Below are positions 1 to 16,639 of a stretch of 64,000 nt of DNA, in pieces. The position numbers and the translations under genes are program-made. Positions within the stretch are counted from its first letter, which is position 1. Every line of letters starts with the position of its first letter. The notes beneath the pieces are model-generated. The model had not been told where the DNA came from. It saw nothing but the letters and a program-made list of their open reading frames with translations, and did no database searches. This stretch comes from the human T2T-CHM13v2.0 reference genome, Homo sapiens: the NCBI RefSeq assembly GCF_009914755.1, contig NC_060925.1. One strand, written 5' to 3'.

Positions 1-83
1 GAGCGCTTTCAAGAGAATATGAGAGGGGAAAAAGAGAAAATGATGAATATCAGTTTCTCTTTTGAATTTTGCTTCCAGAAGCA

Positions 84-101
84 GATATATATATATATAT
101 A
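84..101. repeat. (AT)n microsatellite
   Basis: Directly visible. Confidence 0.9.
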
Positions 102-814
102 CTTATACAAAGATTCATTATTCATGTGAGAAACATTTATTGAGGCTCTAATCTCTGCAGGTTCTATTCTAGGCTCCGTGTACCCAGAAGTAAGCAGCAC
201 AGTCCTTGCCCTTGGCTTCTCGCAAAGTAATCAGTGAATGAATGGGATGAAGCCTCACTTCTCCCACTGACAATTTTAGCTTCATTTTCATAGCTGTTCA
301 AACAGATACTAGAAATCTGTGCCCTCTCTGTTTATGAAGTTCAGCATGTCCCAGCTTTTCTAACCTGTCCCTATTCCAAATGTTTTGACCTATTGCCATA
401 CCATGTAGTCACACTGGATTCTAATTTTTGATTTAGAAAATGTGGTCATTACTGGATTATTTCGAGAATCAAAAGAATCAAAGAACATCACTTCTGTGAT
501 GTGCTAAGTGCTCTATCAGTAGAAGGCATTATTCAAAACTGGCTTAGACTAGAGAGGCAGGTTCAGCCACTTCTTTCTTTGTGCATTCAGGGTAACCTGT
601 ACGTCCTTCCTTCCCAGCACCAATCTCCTTTCTTTTTAATGTGTTTTAAGGTATATGCCTCTCATTCCAAATTGTATCTGACACAGGGCCTGGCACGCAG
701 TCTAATTTCTCAGTAAAGATTTATTGAATTTCTGAATGGATGGATAAATGGTGGGGGCATAGACAAGTAGACAGCAAATTATGATTTAAGACAGAATGAA
801 ATGATAATTACCAC

Positions 815-1010
815 CACTAACATTTTTTGAGGACTTACTATATACAAATCCAATGCTAGTTCCTTTACATGCATTCTCTCACATCATTCTCACAGCTACA
901 CCATGAGGTACATAGCATCGTGTCTCTTCCAGATGAGGAAACAGAGGCTCAGAGAGGTTAAATGACTTGCCCAAGACACCAAGGTCACCTGAAGACCTGG
1001 GAACTCCAGC
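815..1010 (-). mobile_element. MIR
   Basis: gatgaggaaacagaggctcagagaggttaaatgacttgcccaag core. Confidence 0.8.
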
Positions 1011-1460
1011 TCGAGCAGCCCAGGCTGCTCACCCTGACCTAGCCAGAGGGTTACAGGAAATGTCCTTTGGCCCTTAGATTGTCCCTCCTTTGGTCCACTC
1101 AATTCAGAACCCAGACAATTGGCCATGAACCCACCACTTACGTCTTCACCCCTCCTTCATCAGGGCGGGTCAAGCTAGTCCAACCCTAGCAGCCGCTAGG
1201 AAGGAGCTGTCCAGAGCGTGGTTCATTCCTCTTTTATAGCCCTCGTCAAATTCCAAAGCAAGTCGTAAATTCATTAACCTCGTAGGGATTAAGCTGTGCA
1301 GCTTACTTAGCACCATAAACAAGATCATTGGGATGTTGATTTTCCCCTTTTATTGCTGCACTCAGGAAAGCCTAGCTGGCTCCAGCTCTGGAAATAGGAG
1401 TTGGCTCCCCTGAAGGTTGTCAGGATGGTGGGGAAACCCTAGCTGGCTGTCCCTCAGTAG

Positions 1461-1895
<435 letters not shown>

Positions 1896-2589
1896 TGAGC
1901 TGTCACCATGCATCCTGGGGAAAGGCAGAGGAGAGAAGCCCAAATGTCTACCCACCAGGTCACCTGGCTCTCCTGACAAAGATGGTATTAAGATGTCATC
2001 TCCCGTCTCCTGACTCCCCAGGCCCTGTGGGTTTCCTCTAGTGCCTCTCGTCCCCAGGTCTGTTTAACCCATCTATCTCTCCAGTAGACTAATGTCCCTC
2101 ACTAGCAGGAACTGTTCCCTCTGCTAGCACTTGGGATCCCATTTCCTCATGTCCGTCTGAAGCCTGGCTCCAGCAGTGATCCTCTGTCCTGGAGCTCCAA
2201 CTCTCTTTCATACACCAAAAAGAAAATCCAGACCCTGTGCTTCCTGAGACAACGGCAATCCCTCTCTCTCCTCCCTCCAACTTCTGGAACAGTGTCATGC
2301 CTGACATCTGTCTGCACTGCTTCCCTCCCATTCACTCCGTTAACCATGGCTGTTCTACCTAAGTCCCTACCTCTCCCTTGACCCTGCTTTTGCCAAGGTC
2401 AGCAACAACTTCAAACTATCAAATCCAATAGATGCATTTCAGTCATTTGTTTGTCATCTCTTACTCAGCAGATATTTAGTGGGATCCTAGGGGCTGGTGA
2501 CACAAGAGTGAGCAAAACAGAACAAAGCAGAGACCACGAGAAGTTAAATATAGCACAGTGACCATAAGCACAGCCTCCACCTAGGTTCA

Positions 2590-2745
2590 TACCTTGGCTC
2601 TGCTGTGTGACCTTGGGCAAGTTCCTTAACCTCTCTCTTTTTCTCATCTCTAAAATGGGATAATCATAGCACCGTTGGGAAGATTGTTGTGAGATTGTCT
2701 GACCTTTAGGTCAGAGCATGGTGCACAGCAGGTGCTCTGGCTATG
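2590..2745 (+). mobile_element. MIR
   Basis: tgtgaccttgggcaagttccttaacctctct..ctcatctctaaaatgggataat. Confidence 0.75.
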
Positions 2746-3914
2746 TTTGGTTTAGGTAATTTGCCTAACATTATACCCTGGCAAGCAGCAGACCAGGCTG
2801 TAGACCCGAATCTACCTGACTCCAAAACCTTCACTCTCTGTTGTCATCAGGCCGCCTCCCTGTTCTTCCTGCCTCCCACCTCCACCCGCATTGCCCTGTG
2901 CTATTTGGGCTTTGCATAGGGTAGTTACCTGGAAAACATTTGTTTAATGTAATAATTTAATCAGTAGTTCTGTGTTTGGGGAGTCTAGGTAGTTATTTAA
3001 TGGGAAGAAATGAGGTGGTGGAAAGGGAGCTGTTTTGAAGAGAAGATAATTATTTCTGACTTAACATGTTTCACTGGAGGTGACAATGGAGAGTCCAAAT
3101 GGACATGTCCTTTGGGCAGTTGACAATTCGGTGTGGGCATTCAGGAGAGACATCAAATTGGAGGCAGGTTTGGGAGTCCTGGAAAGTTGACGTTCAAGAG
3201 GGTAAAAAGATAAATTCTCTAAGAGCAAAGGGCACAGCAGTGACAAGGTCCCCGGATCAGGTCAGTGGAAGAGGCATGAGGGACAAGGTAAGGATAGAGG
3301 GTGGTGTGGAAAGGAGGACAGGAGCGCTGAGGAAGAGCCCCAGATGCCTGAGGAGGGGGTCACAGCTCCAGGGACCCAGGGAGCTGCTGCAGATGACACC
3401 AGGACAGCGATAAGAGCTCCATCCCAGACGGTGGGGAAGGAAATGAGGCGACAGGCACAGGTCCTTGTTCCAGGAGGCAGACTAGAAGACAGAAGAAAGG
3501 AAGGAGATAGAGGAAGCGGCAAGGTCCAGGGAAGGGTTGGCCCTTTTAGGAGACAGTTACACACAACGTAGAAGACAGAGGAGAAAGGACCGCTCTCGCG
3601 GCAAAAATGCAAGAGCGAGAGGAATATCGCAAGGGCAAGGTCCCTGCTGAGGATGGAGAGAAGTGGCTCTAAGGGACAGTAGGCACTGGTTTTGGAGAAA
3701 AGACAAAAGTTCTGAAAATTGAGGGAAGATGGAAAATCAAGTGGAGGCAATGGATATTAAGCTGAAGAGAGAAGTGGCTAACTCCTTTTACATGGGGTTC
3801 TCAGTAACCGCATCATAACAATGATAATTAAAAGTTTATATATGAAATATTGTCCCCCTCCAGTCTCTACCAGAGACACCTCAACTGCCCTTGGATGGGC
3901 AGTTGATCCCTTAA

Positions 3915-4331
<417 letters not shown>

Positions 4332-6200
4332 TAAGGCATTTTTCCCCTTCTCTTCATCACCTTGTGGCAAGGAGGGGGTGGAAAGAGATGGGGAACATTC
4401 CCGCCCCCTCTGTGCTGGCCTCGGCTCCTTTGACAGGGAAGAGGGAGGGGGTGGAATGGTCTCTCTTGCCCCGCAGGCTGCTGTAGTCTAGCTCTCTGGT
4501 GGTATTAGTTTCCCTGGCCAACAGACAGGCATCAGGGTTCTCTGTAGGGCTGGTTCTCTTCTAGGGCACATGTGTTCCGATAACTTAACCTGCTTGAGCC
4601 TTTGTTTCCTCTTCTGTAAAATGAGTAGCTCTGGCTTGGACCGGCCTTACAGGGGCAGTGTTAAGGATTAGACAAATGCTTGTAAAGCACCTTAGACACA
4701 GTGCTTGCTCCACAAATGAACTCCCATTACCAGATGCGTGCGTGAGATAGCTCCTGGCATGAATGTGCATTTGCGGCTATGTCCAGATGTGTGTGTGTAC
4801 CTGTGTGTGCAAGGGAGAGTTATGTGTGGGCTGGGGATGGGGCACCCTTGTGAGTCAGCTATTGCCTGTGTCATTGCCTACAGCTGACCCCGAGGCCATA
4901 AATCCTGCCTCTGTACCCGCTAGAGTGAACACCTTATAGCCCAAGGTCAGGCCCATGAATCATAAGCGGCGCTGGCAGGAAGCAATCAGGCAGGGCTGGG
5001 TAGAGCTGGGCAAGAGAAGGTCCCAGTATTTGGACCACTTGAAGAGGAGCCCTGGGCATATCCTGCAATCCTGATCTCTGGGAGCCGGGCTGTTCTCAGC
5101 AGGACGGCAGCTCCCATGGAGGCTCGCTGGCAGGGAGCCCTTCTCTACTTGACCGCATCTCTCCTGCTGGGGCTGCCAAGCGGCAGACCTGCCCTGCCAA
5201 GACAGGCCTGTCCTGCATCCCGGGCACCAGCACGGCCAGTAGGCGAGCTGCTCTTCAGGCCTTTCCCTTGGAGGCTTCAGAGTCCTTAGCCCAGCACGCT
5301 CAGCCTGGTGGATGTGGAGTAGCCGCCCTCTAAGCCAGATGATTTTATTTCTTCTTTGCCTTTCCAATCTGTCTTGGGGAAAGTGGCCCCAATAAGGCAG
5401 TCCTTTCACTCTGAAACCTTTTTATGACTCCAACCATAATTAACTCGAGTAATAAAATTTTTCAAATCCAAATAGATATAATTAACATTTAATGCCCCGG
5501 TTGGTGCTGGTAGCTGGGCCCATTAAGAGCACAGTATTGATTGAGAAGGTGAGCCAGCTGGGCCGACTGCTGGGCCAGGGGGCAGAGGTGGCTGGAGCTT
5601 AGGGCTGTCTATGAGCAGGGCCCCAGCACAGGTGTGAGGAGGGTGGCAGGTGACCAAACCCCAACCCTACCTGGGGTTCAGGTCATGACTACCGAGGCTG
5701 GGGTGGACTTCTTCCTGCCATCAGTTTCTAGTGGCTCTCCCACCTTCAGACTCTGCCATCTCAGGCCTCTCCTGCCATGAAGTACTTCTCCACCAACCCT
5801 CACCCTGCCTGTCATGTGCCTGAGGCCTGCCTCCTCTCCTAGAATTTATCAGGCTTCCCAGGACAAGGCTGTGTCTTCTCTCTGAGGGGCCCCCTGGCTC
5901 CAGGGCATGCCCCTTCCCACTATTTCTCCTTTCTGACTTGCCTGCTCAGCTGTGTGCTGCAGGTTGAACTTTAAACCCACTGGTCAGATGAAAAGCCATA
6001 TCTGTCTTCTAGACATGACTTACACCTCCCACCAAACTTCACTTTCCCCAGGAAGCTATACGGTGAGACAGTGCCAGAAGCATTCATTTGAATCCCAACC
6101 CTCCATTTCCCAGCTGTGTGACCTTCGGCAAGTCACCATGTTTCCCTGAGCCCCAGTGTTCTTATCTGTGAAATAGGTATAACAAGAATATCCACCTCCT

Positions 6201-6498
6201 GGCCGGGCGTGGTGGCTCACGCCTGTAATCCCAGCACTTTGGGAGGCCGAGGTGGGCGGATCATGAGGTCAGGAGATCGAGACCATCCTGGCTAACATGG
6301 TGAAACCCCGTCTCTACTAAAAATACAAAAAATTAGCCAAGCGTGGTGACGGGCGCCTGTAGTCCCAGCTACTCGGGAGGCTGAGGCGGGAGAATGGCGT
6401 GAACCCAGGAGGAGGAGCTTGCAGTGAGTGAGATCATGCCACTGCACTCCAGCCTGGGTGACAGAGCGAGACTGCATCTCAAAAAAAAAAAAAAAAAA
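6201..6498 (+). mobile_element. AluY-like, inserted in a MIR
   Basis: gagatcgagaccatcctggctaac and gaatggcgtgaaccc diagnostics; TSD gaatatccacctcct. Confidence 0.95.
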
Positions 6499-7766
6499 GG
6501 AATATCCACCTCCTAAAGGTGGAGTCATAACAGTCTTGACCTCACTTAGGTTTCACAGGATTCCCAGGTCATAGGAATTACTGTCTCCATTTTACATGGA
6601 AAAACTGGCTTAAGGAGGCAAAATCCTCATCCCTTGTGTCTTATATTTCTGTCTCTACCAATAGTTAATTTAATATATGTTTATAAACAACACCTAAGCT
6701 GGGACTACAAAGAATATGATGATTCCTTGACTCAAGGTGCTCGTGGTCTGGGGGTATGAGGCAGGGAGAAGGGGTGCACACAATCAGCTGGTTTAAGTTA
6801 AGGCTGCACGGGAGGTGAGCAGGCTCTGGACCCTGGTGCAAATTAAGATGCAAAACGCTACAGGAAAAATGGGTGAAGGTCATGGGCCCAAGGCAAAGCC
6901 AGATATGGGGATGGACAGGGCACAGTGGGGCTGATGTGTGTGGTTCTGTGGCAGTGTGGATGCTGGCCCAGGTATGGTCTTCAGAGCATGCGTTTTCTGT
7001 GATGATCCCTGAGCCAAGGAGCAGGCTGGTACCAGGATTCACAGGTGTGGTTTAGGACATCCCAGCTCATCCACTCAGCATGTTAGAAGGACCAGCCTTC
7101 CAGGCAATCACTCATATGAGGCCCTTTGGTGAGCTGGGCAGCCCAAGCCCTGCTGGGCAAGGAAAGTCCGGGGAGGGGCTGAAATCCTTCCTCCATCCAA
7201 CTTTGCTACTACTGTGTCCCCCTGCTCCCAAGCTTGTGGTCCTGTGCTCTCCATGATCTCAGTATTCTCCATCCTTCACGGGGCTTCCTCTCAGTGGTAC
7301 TTTCCCAGCCTGCAGGAGCCCCATGCTTCCTCAGAGCTCTCATGGCTCAACAGTGGCTTTATATGTAGGGCCCTGAATACATCCTGCTTTAGGCTAGGTC
7401 TTGCATTGAACTAAACTTGGGTGATTCTCTGCTGTGTCCGGTTCCCCGCTCCCCAGAATGTTTGCCCCTGGCAGGCTCTGTTCTTTCAGTCCAGCTCCAT
7501 GCCCAGTGCTATTACTCAGGAGGCCATGGGGAGTGGATGCCGCTGATACCAGAGATGATGAATAGGAAGCGGGGGGGCCAGGGAGGATTCATTCACCTTC
7601 CACTAATTCATTCATTTGATGTCACTCACTGTGCCAGGCCCTGTTAAAGAAATAGACAAGTAAAAGTGTAATCACAATTAGGGAAGTCTTGGGGGCTAGA
7701 GGACACACAATCTAGCCAGATGCTTCTGATAGTACTGCCTCCTAGAAGAGTTAACCTTGAAGCTGA

Positions 7767-8193
<427 letters not shown>

Positions 8194-10282
8194 TGAGAGG
8201 CAGCAAGAGAGGAGGCTGGCAGGTCACCTATCGTCCATGCGCAATGCCCTTGCAGGCCTTGCTAAGGAATCTAAGTCCTTTCAAGTCCCAGAGCCATTAT
8301 GCACTTGCAGTGGGACTTAGGTATCTTGCTTGACTTCTCTGAGTCTTGGTTTTATTCTTACTAAGTGAGGTCAGTAATTCCAGCTACGTCCGCCATGTCT
8401 AAGGATCCAACTGCCTTGTGCTGGGCCAGTCCCTGGCTTATTAGGGTGTGGTTAGAGGCATGGCCAGAGCGTGAACTTCTGCAAAGGAATATTCTAGTCA
8501 CAAGCCACAATTTCCTGTCTAAATATTGAGGGGGCAACAACATGGTCTATAAGTCCTCCCGGCTCTGAAATGCCCGCAGAAAGAAGGCCCATGGGAGGCC
8601 CCACTCACCTTTAGAGCCTGGACCCTCTCACTCCTCTGTCCTCCTCCTCCTCCAGCCATACTAGTCCTGCTGGGCTGCCTCTGGGCCTTTGTCTTAATTT
8701 TCACTCCACTCTTCCTTCTCTTGCCATCTGACACTCCAGACTTCTCTCCTCCAGGAAGCCCTCTCCACCTCCGAGCCCTGACCTCCTCCTCCTCCTCCTT
8801 ACTCCTCACTTCATCCTCACAGTGGTATCTTAGGTGCTCAAGCCGTCCCCCATCCTGTGAGCTTCTGAGCCTGGGCCTCACTCCTTACTCCACACCCCCA
8901 GAGGACTGGCCCACAATCTTTGAGGGTGTTCCAGGACTAAGTTTGGAAAAGGACATGATAAAAATGAAAGGAATGAGAGAAGAAGGAAGGGAGAAACAGA
9001 CCAACAGACAGAGAGAGAGAGGGCGAGGGAAGGCTCTGCCTCAAGCCAACCCAGCCTCAGTCGTGGTATACTTCCCCGAATTCCTTCCCGCAGCACCACT
9101 CTGTGCTTAGAACCAAGAGCTAGGAGAGCAAGGGAGCCTGGGACTGGCACTTTTCAGCTAGGGGGAGCTGGTGGTGGCAGGGCAGAGAGGCCCATTGCGC
9201 AGCTGGTAACAGGCTGTGCCTGGCCAGGCCTCCCAGCTGCCCCTCTGTCTCAGGCCCTTATTGCACACAACATCCAGCCCAGCCCCCTACGCAGCTGCCT
9301 TCCTCATGACACAGCCCTGTGTTGTCCTGTTGGCCACTGACCACTGTGCCTGGGGAAGGGCCAGGCCTTCCTGGGAGGAGGAACTCGAGAGCCTGTGGGC
9401 TCCCAGGTTGGCAGCCCCCGCCCTCTGCACTCCCAGGCCCATACCTGCTCTGTGATTCCCCGCTTGGGGCAGGAAGGCATGCTGAGAGCCACTCTGCAAG
9501 TCCCTGTGCTTCAGGTGGTACACGCTCCTCTCATTCATTTGTTAAAGCAAGGTGGGGGTGAGTATTATCATCCTCAGTCTCTAGGTGGGGAAAAGAAGAC
9601 TCGGATGGGTTACAGCAGTTGCCCAAAGACACATGGCTAGCCATGCTTCCAGGTGCTTTCAAGACCAGGTCTCCCCGAGGCCAAAGCTCATGTTCTGCCC
9701 TCCCAGCTCTTTGCCTAACTCCTGTTCCCTATGACAGCCCAGCCCTGGCCCTCGCATTCTGCCTACAATGGAGCCACCAGGATAGGACGCAGGGAGTGGG
9801 AGTAGAGGGGGATGCCATGTGGAGAGAAATGAGGATATAAGCTTGAGGAGAGAGGAAGGAGTTTTTGATGGGGGGGATGGGCCCAGAGCTGCCATGGTGT
9901 CTCTACAGCTCTCTCTTTTGGTCACAGAAGCCCAGCAGGCAGACACAGAACAGATCCAGGAGCAGACCATACCCAATCTTCTCTCCCAACACAGGCCCAA
10001 GCCTGAGCCAGCCCACAGGGACCCACCAGTTTGTTTGGCAAAGCCCTTTTCCCTGTTCCATCCCATGCCCTAGACCCACAGAGGGCAGCAAGAGATGAGA
10101 CCCACTGTCCTATCACAGTCCTGATAAGGATTTCTTTGACCAGATGTTTTCAGTGTAGGAGTCAGAACACAGCATCGGACTATTAGGAGCCCAAAGTTTC
10201 ATTTTTAAGCTTTCGACCAACATGACCTCAGGCAACTTTTACCTTTCCCTATCTAAAGAAATTTTTCATATCTAAAGTGCTA

Positions 10283-10592
<310 letters not shown>

Positions 10593-10668
10593 TTTTTAAA
10601 TGATATAAAATAAAATAATTGCACTCTTAAAAATCACAAAATATGAGACTTAAAAGGGATAAACTCTT

Positions 10669-11155
<487 letters not shown>

Positions 11156-11894
11156 TCATTCCCTCCTCCTCCTTTCACTCCCTCCATCCTACCCCCTTCA
11201 CCTGCACTTGGGACTGGGCTAATGGACATGCTTCCTCCCAGCCTTCCCCACGTCCCAGGAAGTGGAGCCCATCGGGCAGAGCAGAGCCGTACGGGGTAAG
11301 GCAGAGACAGAACTTTCCCCAACAGAAATGGCCTTGCAGGGAGAGTCTGGGAGAGCAGGGAGAGCCTGTTCTCAACTAGACTGCCAAATTGCTCTTTTCC
11401 TTTGTCTGGAGCAATGCCTGAGCTCCCTTGCTGAGTTCTGTAAGAGCCTGATCCAGGCATGTGTCCCCAGACCCTATTGCCCCACCGCCCTGGCTCAGGC
11501 TGGTATCCAGAAGAAGGTATGGCAGAGGACCAGGAAGGTTATCAGAGAGGCTAAGGGGGCATTCGGTCTTGGGACAGGACTGAAGCAATCAATAGCCCAT
11601 TGGGAACTGGGGTTAATTTGGGGAATTTGGATTGGATTGGATTGAAGTTTAGGACTTGGGCTAGGAGGTAGGGCTGGGTTGGTTCAAAGTACTGGAGTTA
11701 GGTTTAGGTTCAGAGCTTCTCTAGAAACTGCCCAACTCATGCTGGTCTAGCTAAGCCCATCTCCAAAAAAAGAGGGGGCTCTACCCTTGGCCTCTGATTC
11801 GGGGCTTTATTTAAAGACATAGGAGTGAGGGTGAAGATTGGCTTTGGAAGACAGCAGAGCCAGTGCCTCCCCACTATGGAGCTGTTTAGTTAGG

Positions 11895-12060
11895 ACCTTG
11901 CCACTCAAAGAGCATCCACAGACCCGCAGCACTGGTCTCACCTAGGAGCTTGGTAGAAATGCAAAATCTAGGATCCACTCTAGAGCTGCTGAATCAGAAT
12001 CTGCGTTTTAGATTAACCTCCAAGTGTTCCATGGACACTTAAAGAAAGTGTGAGAAGCCT
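11895..12060. mobile_element. MER5A-like DNA element
   Basis: ggagcttggtagaaatgcaaaatc..ctgaatcagaatctgc..gtgtgagaagc signature. Confidence 0.7.
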
Positions 12061-12490
12061 GGTGAAGGCTCTGAGTGAAGGAAGGCCCGAGGTAGGGGTG
12101 GGAGGCCAAAGGGCACCCAACACCTCGGCCGGCTCCGGGGCCCCTGCCTAACACCCCCTCCCAGTGCTGGAGCCACAGCGACACCTACTGGCCACGGACA
12201 CCTAGGCCACCCCCTCCAGGACGCCCGGGCCCTGTGGTCCATCTGGCCCAGCCAGTCCTGCACCCTGAAGCTGGCATTCCTGAGTTCTGGGAATCTGGCT
12301 CCCCGGGACAGACTAGGGGAGCAGGTACAGGATGGGCCAGGGCTCAGTGCACAGCAGGGTTGTCTGCAGGCTGGGGCTCTGGGGCCTCAGTGTGAAGAAG
12401 ACAGGATCAGTAAGCAGGTGTTTTCTCAGGGACATGATGCTCAGATCACATCCCCAGCCCTGGCATTCTCTCCAGACTCAGCAATACTGA

Positions 12491-12931
<441 letters not shown>

Positions 12932-13093
12932 GATGAGCAAAGATTTTTGAACCTATGTCTAAATGACTCTTCTGGAAATGGACTTTTAGGAAGGACAACA
13001 ACTAAAAAGCAACTCAAGGAAGGGGAGCAGGTAGGATATTTCTGGGATATTTCCACTGTAGTGGTTTCTGGAGACTCCCATGAAAGAATTCTA

Positions 13094-13496
<403 letters not shown>

Positions 13497-14317
13497 TCAC
13501 AAAAAAAATAAATAAAGGAAAAACGATAGGGAAGGAAGCCGACCCACTTCCAAGGCAAGGCTCAGCTGACCCATCCCAAGGGACCTGGCTGGCCCAGGGA
13601 GGAGAGAAGGGCCTCTTTCTAGGCAGCAGTGAGCCTCCCCTCCCATCATTCCCAAATGCCAGTTATTGCTGGATCCCTTCCCTCTAGTCCGCTCTCAACT
13701 ATGAGGAGTTTGCCCAAGAACTAAATGAATGTGATTGCCCACCAGTGTTTGCCATTAGTGGTGATTAGTTAAAACATCAGAGTCTAAACAGTCAATTGGT
13801 TCTAATAATTAATACTATGGCTCAGCTGTGATTGAGAGAGAACAAGCGAGTGGGAGAGAGGAAGGGAGGAGGATAAGGGACATGGAAAAAGAAGAGAGAA
13901 AGGGATTGGCAGAGGAGCTGCAGCTCTGTAGCTACCATTTCCTGACCCACATGCCAGATGCTGTGCTATAGAGTGCATCCAGCTCCAAATTCTGTGCTCT
14001 TTCGAGACATTTTATGTAAGTTATACCACCAAGGTATCCTAATCACCCTGTTAGGCAAGTATAATTATTATCTTCTTTTTATAGGTAAGACAAAGGAGGC
14101 ACAGGAAGGTAAAAGCTAGCAGATGCTCCATAATAATTTGGTGAATGAATGGATAAATAAATGAATGAAGTAGCCAGAAGTGAAATTCAAACCCAGGTTA
14201 GCATGGCTCCAAAAACTTTGGGGGGAAAAGGGGCAAGGAGGGGAGAATTTGAAGAGACAAAGGAAAACAAGACAGAAAACGTACATCCTTCTCTGTCTCA
14301 ACATACATACACGCCCT

Positions 14318-14335
14318 TCTCTCTCTCTCTCTCAT

Positions 14336-14369
<34 letters not shown>
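14318..14369. repeat. (CT)n-(CA)n microsatellite
   Basis: Directly visible. Confidence 0.95.
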
Positions 14370-14371
<2 letters not shown>

Positions 14372-15987
14372 ACCTCCCTCACCTCCCTCTCTCACGCTGT
14401 GCCCCTCCCTCCCATCCACACCTCTCACGTTCTTTTCATACACAACATGTCTGTTATGCACCCCTTTCTCTCATCTCCCCTCACACACCCACTCTTGCAC
14501 ACACACCGTTTCTCACGAATGTCTCCCAGATGGCTCCGGCACACACGCACCTCTCTGTCTCATAGAAGCCTCTCACATGCACATATTCACCCCTCTCTCA
14601 GCCACACTTTTTTATTTCTCCTTGCACACTTCTTGGTCTTTCTCACTCTTACATGGACCTCTTTCTCTCATGTACACGCCTCCTCTTCCCGGCGCCCTTG
14701 TCTGTCTTCCTCAGTGCGCTATCTCCAGTCTCAAAGACAGTTTGGGAAATGAAATAAACATACACCCGTCTACCTCCTTCACATACAACCCCCCACTGTC
14801 TCCTCACACCCCACCCCACCCACCTCTCTCTCTCTCTCTCTCTCGTTCTCTCTCGAACACAGGTGTACACTTTGGGACATATCCTGAAACCAGCCCCCTC
14901 ATGCCCCCTGCCCGCCCCCTCCAAGAGTCAGGCCTCCAGATGTGCTCTCTCTGGCTAGGCTTGCTAATCTTTGAACTGTCCCCAGATCTTGAATGGTCAT
15001 GTGGACTTTCCTGCCTGGTGATGGGGAGGGGGAAACAGGGAGGGGGCTAAGCCCAGAGTCCTCAGTTATTCTGGAGCAGGTTCAGCTCCTCCCCACCCCT
15101 CCCCAGGTCATGAGCAGCAGCAGGAGCTGCAAGCGAGCAAGATGGCTGTGTGTGTATTGCTATTAATCACCCCTCCTGGTCCGCTAACGAGGCTAATGCG
15201 GTAAGTGACAATAGCCCATCTTGGTTCCTGATTTAGGGGCTCAGGACGGAAGCTGGGCTCCTGGGAGTGAAGACGTGAATTCTCCACGACACTAAACCTT
15301 CAAATAAATCTCCTCCAGTCAGAGAAGCCCAGGGCACTAAATCCCACACGCCGGTAATTGAAACCCTTAGAGCTTTCTTGGGTAGGGAAATTGCTGAGTG
15401 AGAGAGAGAAAGCGTGCAGCCCAGGGGTTCCGGGTGGGGCTTGGGCCCACAGAGAGGCCTGCCGAGGGCTCTGGGATAGGGGAGCTGCTGGGGACCCTCT
15501 AGGAGCACGTGACTGGCCATATGTCCTGGTGTGCATGTCTGTCAGTGTTTCTAGGCATGGGATTTTGCTGTCTGGTTATGTTCACATGGTCACTGGTCAC
15601 CCATTTCCCACCAGGTCTATGACCACTTGATATTTTGGTAAGGAGAGCAGTTCTGGAGCTTCTGTATTTCGAGAGCTTCTACCCTTTGACACCCTTAGGG
15701 CCTCTGACTCTCACTGACCATGAAGCAAGGCTTCATTTAAGCAAAAGAAGGTTTCGGCATTGCCTCAATTGCCTTCCTTCCCCTATCCCCACCTCTCTCA
15801 CCCTCACACTTCCCCCACCCCATCTCTCTTTTTTTCCAGACATTCTCCTGCAGGCCTTTCACTCCCATTCACTTAGTCCCTGAATCATTTAACAGTTACT
15901 AATACCCACCCTATGCCAGACTGTATGCCTAGGGTCTTGAGTGTCCCAGGATGAATCAGAGAATCTCTCTGCCCTCAAGAAGCTCAG

Positions 15988-16072
15988 CATCAGCTACTCT
16001 GGGCACACTGCCTACGGGGTAGCCCTGCTCCACAAGGAGCAGTAAAAAAATTAAATAAATAAATAAAACAAA
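15988..16072 (+). mobile_element. Short retrotransposed insert (56 bp + A-rich tail) inside an L2 fragment
   Basis: TSD-like aagaagctcag / aagagctcag flanks, A-rich tail, two hairpins in the insert. Confidence 0.7.
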
Positions 16073-16248
16073 GAGCTCAGAATCTCCCAGACAAGACAGA
16101 TAAATAAATAATTGCAATATTATATGATGTATGCAATAATCGACATATAGACATATGTGGAACATAGCATGAAAAAGAGAGTAGTTAATTATTAGGGAAG
16201 GCTTCAAAGAGGAAGCATTGTCTGAGTGTGGTCTTCAAGAATAAATAG

Positions 16249-16523
16249 GGTCAGGCGCGGTGGCTCACATCTGTAATCCCAGCACTTTGGGAGGCCGAGG
16301 TGGACGGACTGCTTGAGCTCAAGAGTTCAAGACCAGCCTGGGCAACATGACACAACCCTATCTCTACAAAAAGTTAGCTGGGCATGGTGGTGTGTGCCTG
16401 TAGCTACCCAGGAGGCTGAGGTGAGAGTATCACTGAGCCCAGCAGTGGAAATTGCAGTGAGCTGTGATTGTGCTACTGACTCCAGCCTGGGCAAAAGAGT
16501 GAGACCCAGTCTCAAAATAAAAA
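16249..16523 (+). mobile_element. Alu (AluJ-like)
   Basis: Diverged dimer with A tail. Confidence 0.9.
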
Positions 16524-16639
16524 AGGAATAAATCACAGTTAAAAGTTGCCCATGGGGAGATGATGGCATGGGCATGAGCATTATTGGCAGTGAGAATACC
16601 AGATGAAGAGCTACATTTTGTCCAGCCAGAGCACACACT

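Noticed and set aside
14161-15050. Long ORFs of 134-238 aa
   Set aside because: They arise from CA/CT low-complexity sequence that lacks stops (THTHTH, SLSLS); no splice or domain evidence.
15988-16043. snRNA/snoRNA pseudogene call
   Set aside because: No match to the U-series, 7SK or 7SL sequences I can recall; kept as an unidentified retro-insert.
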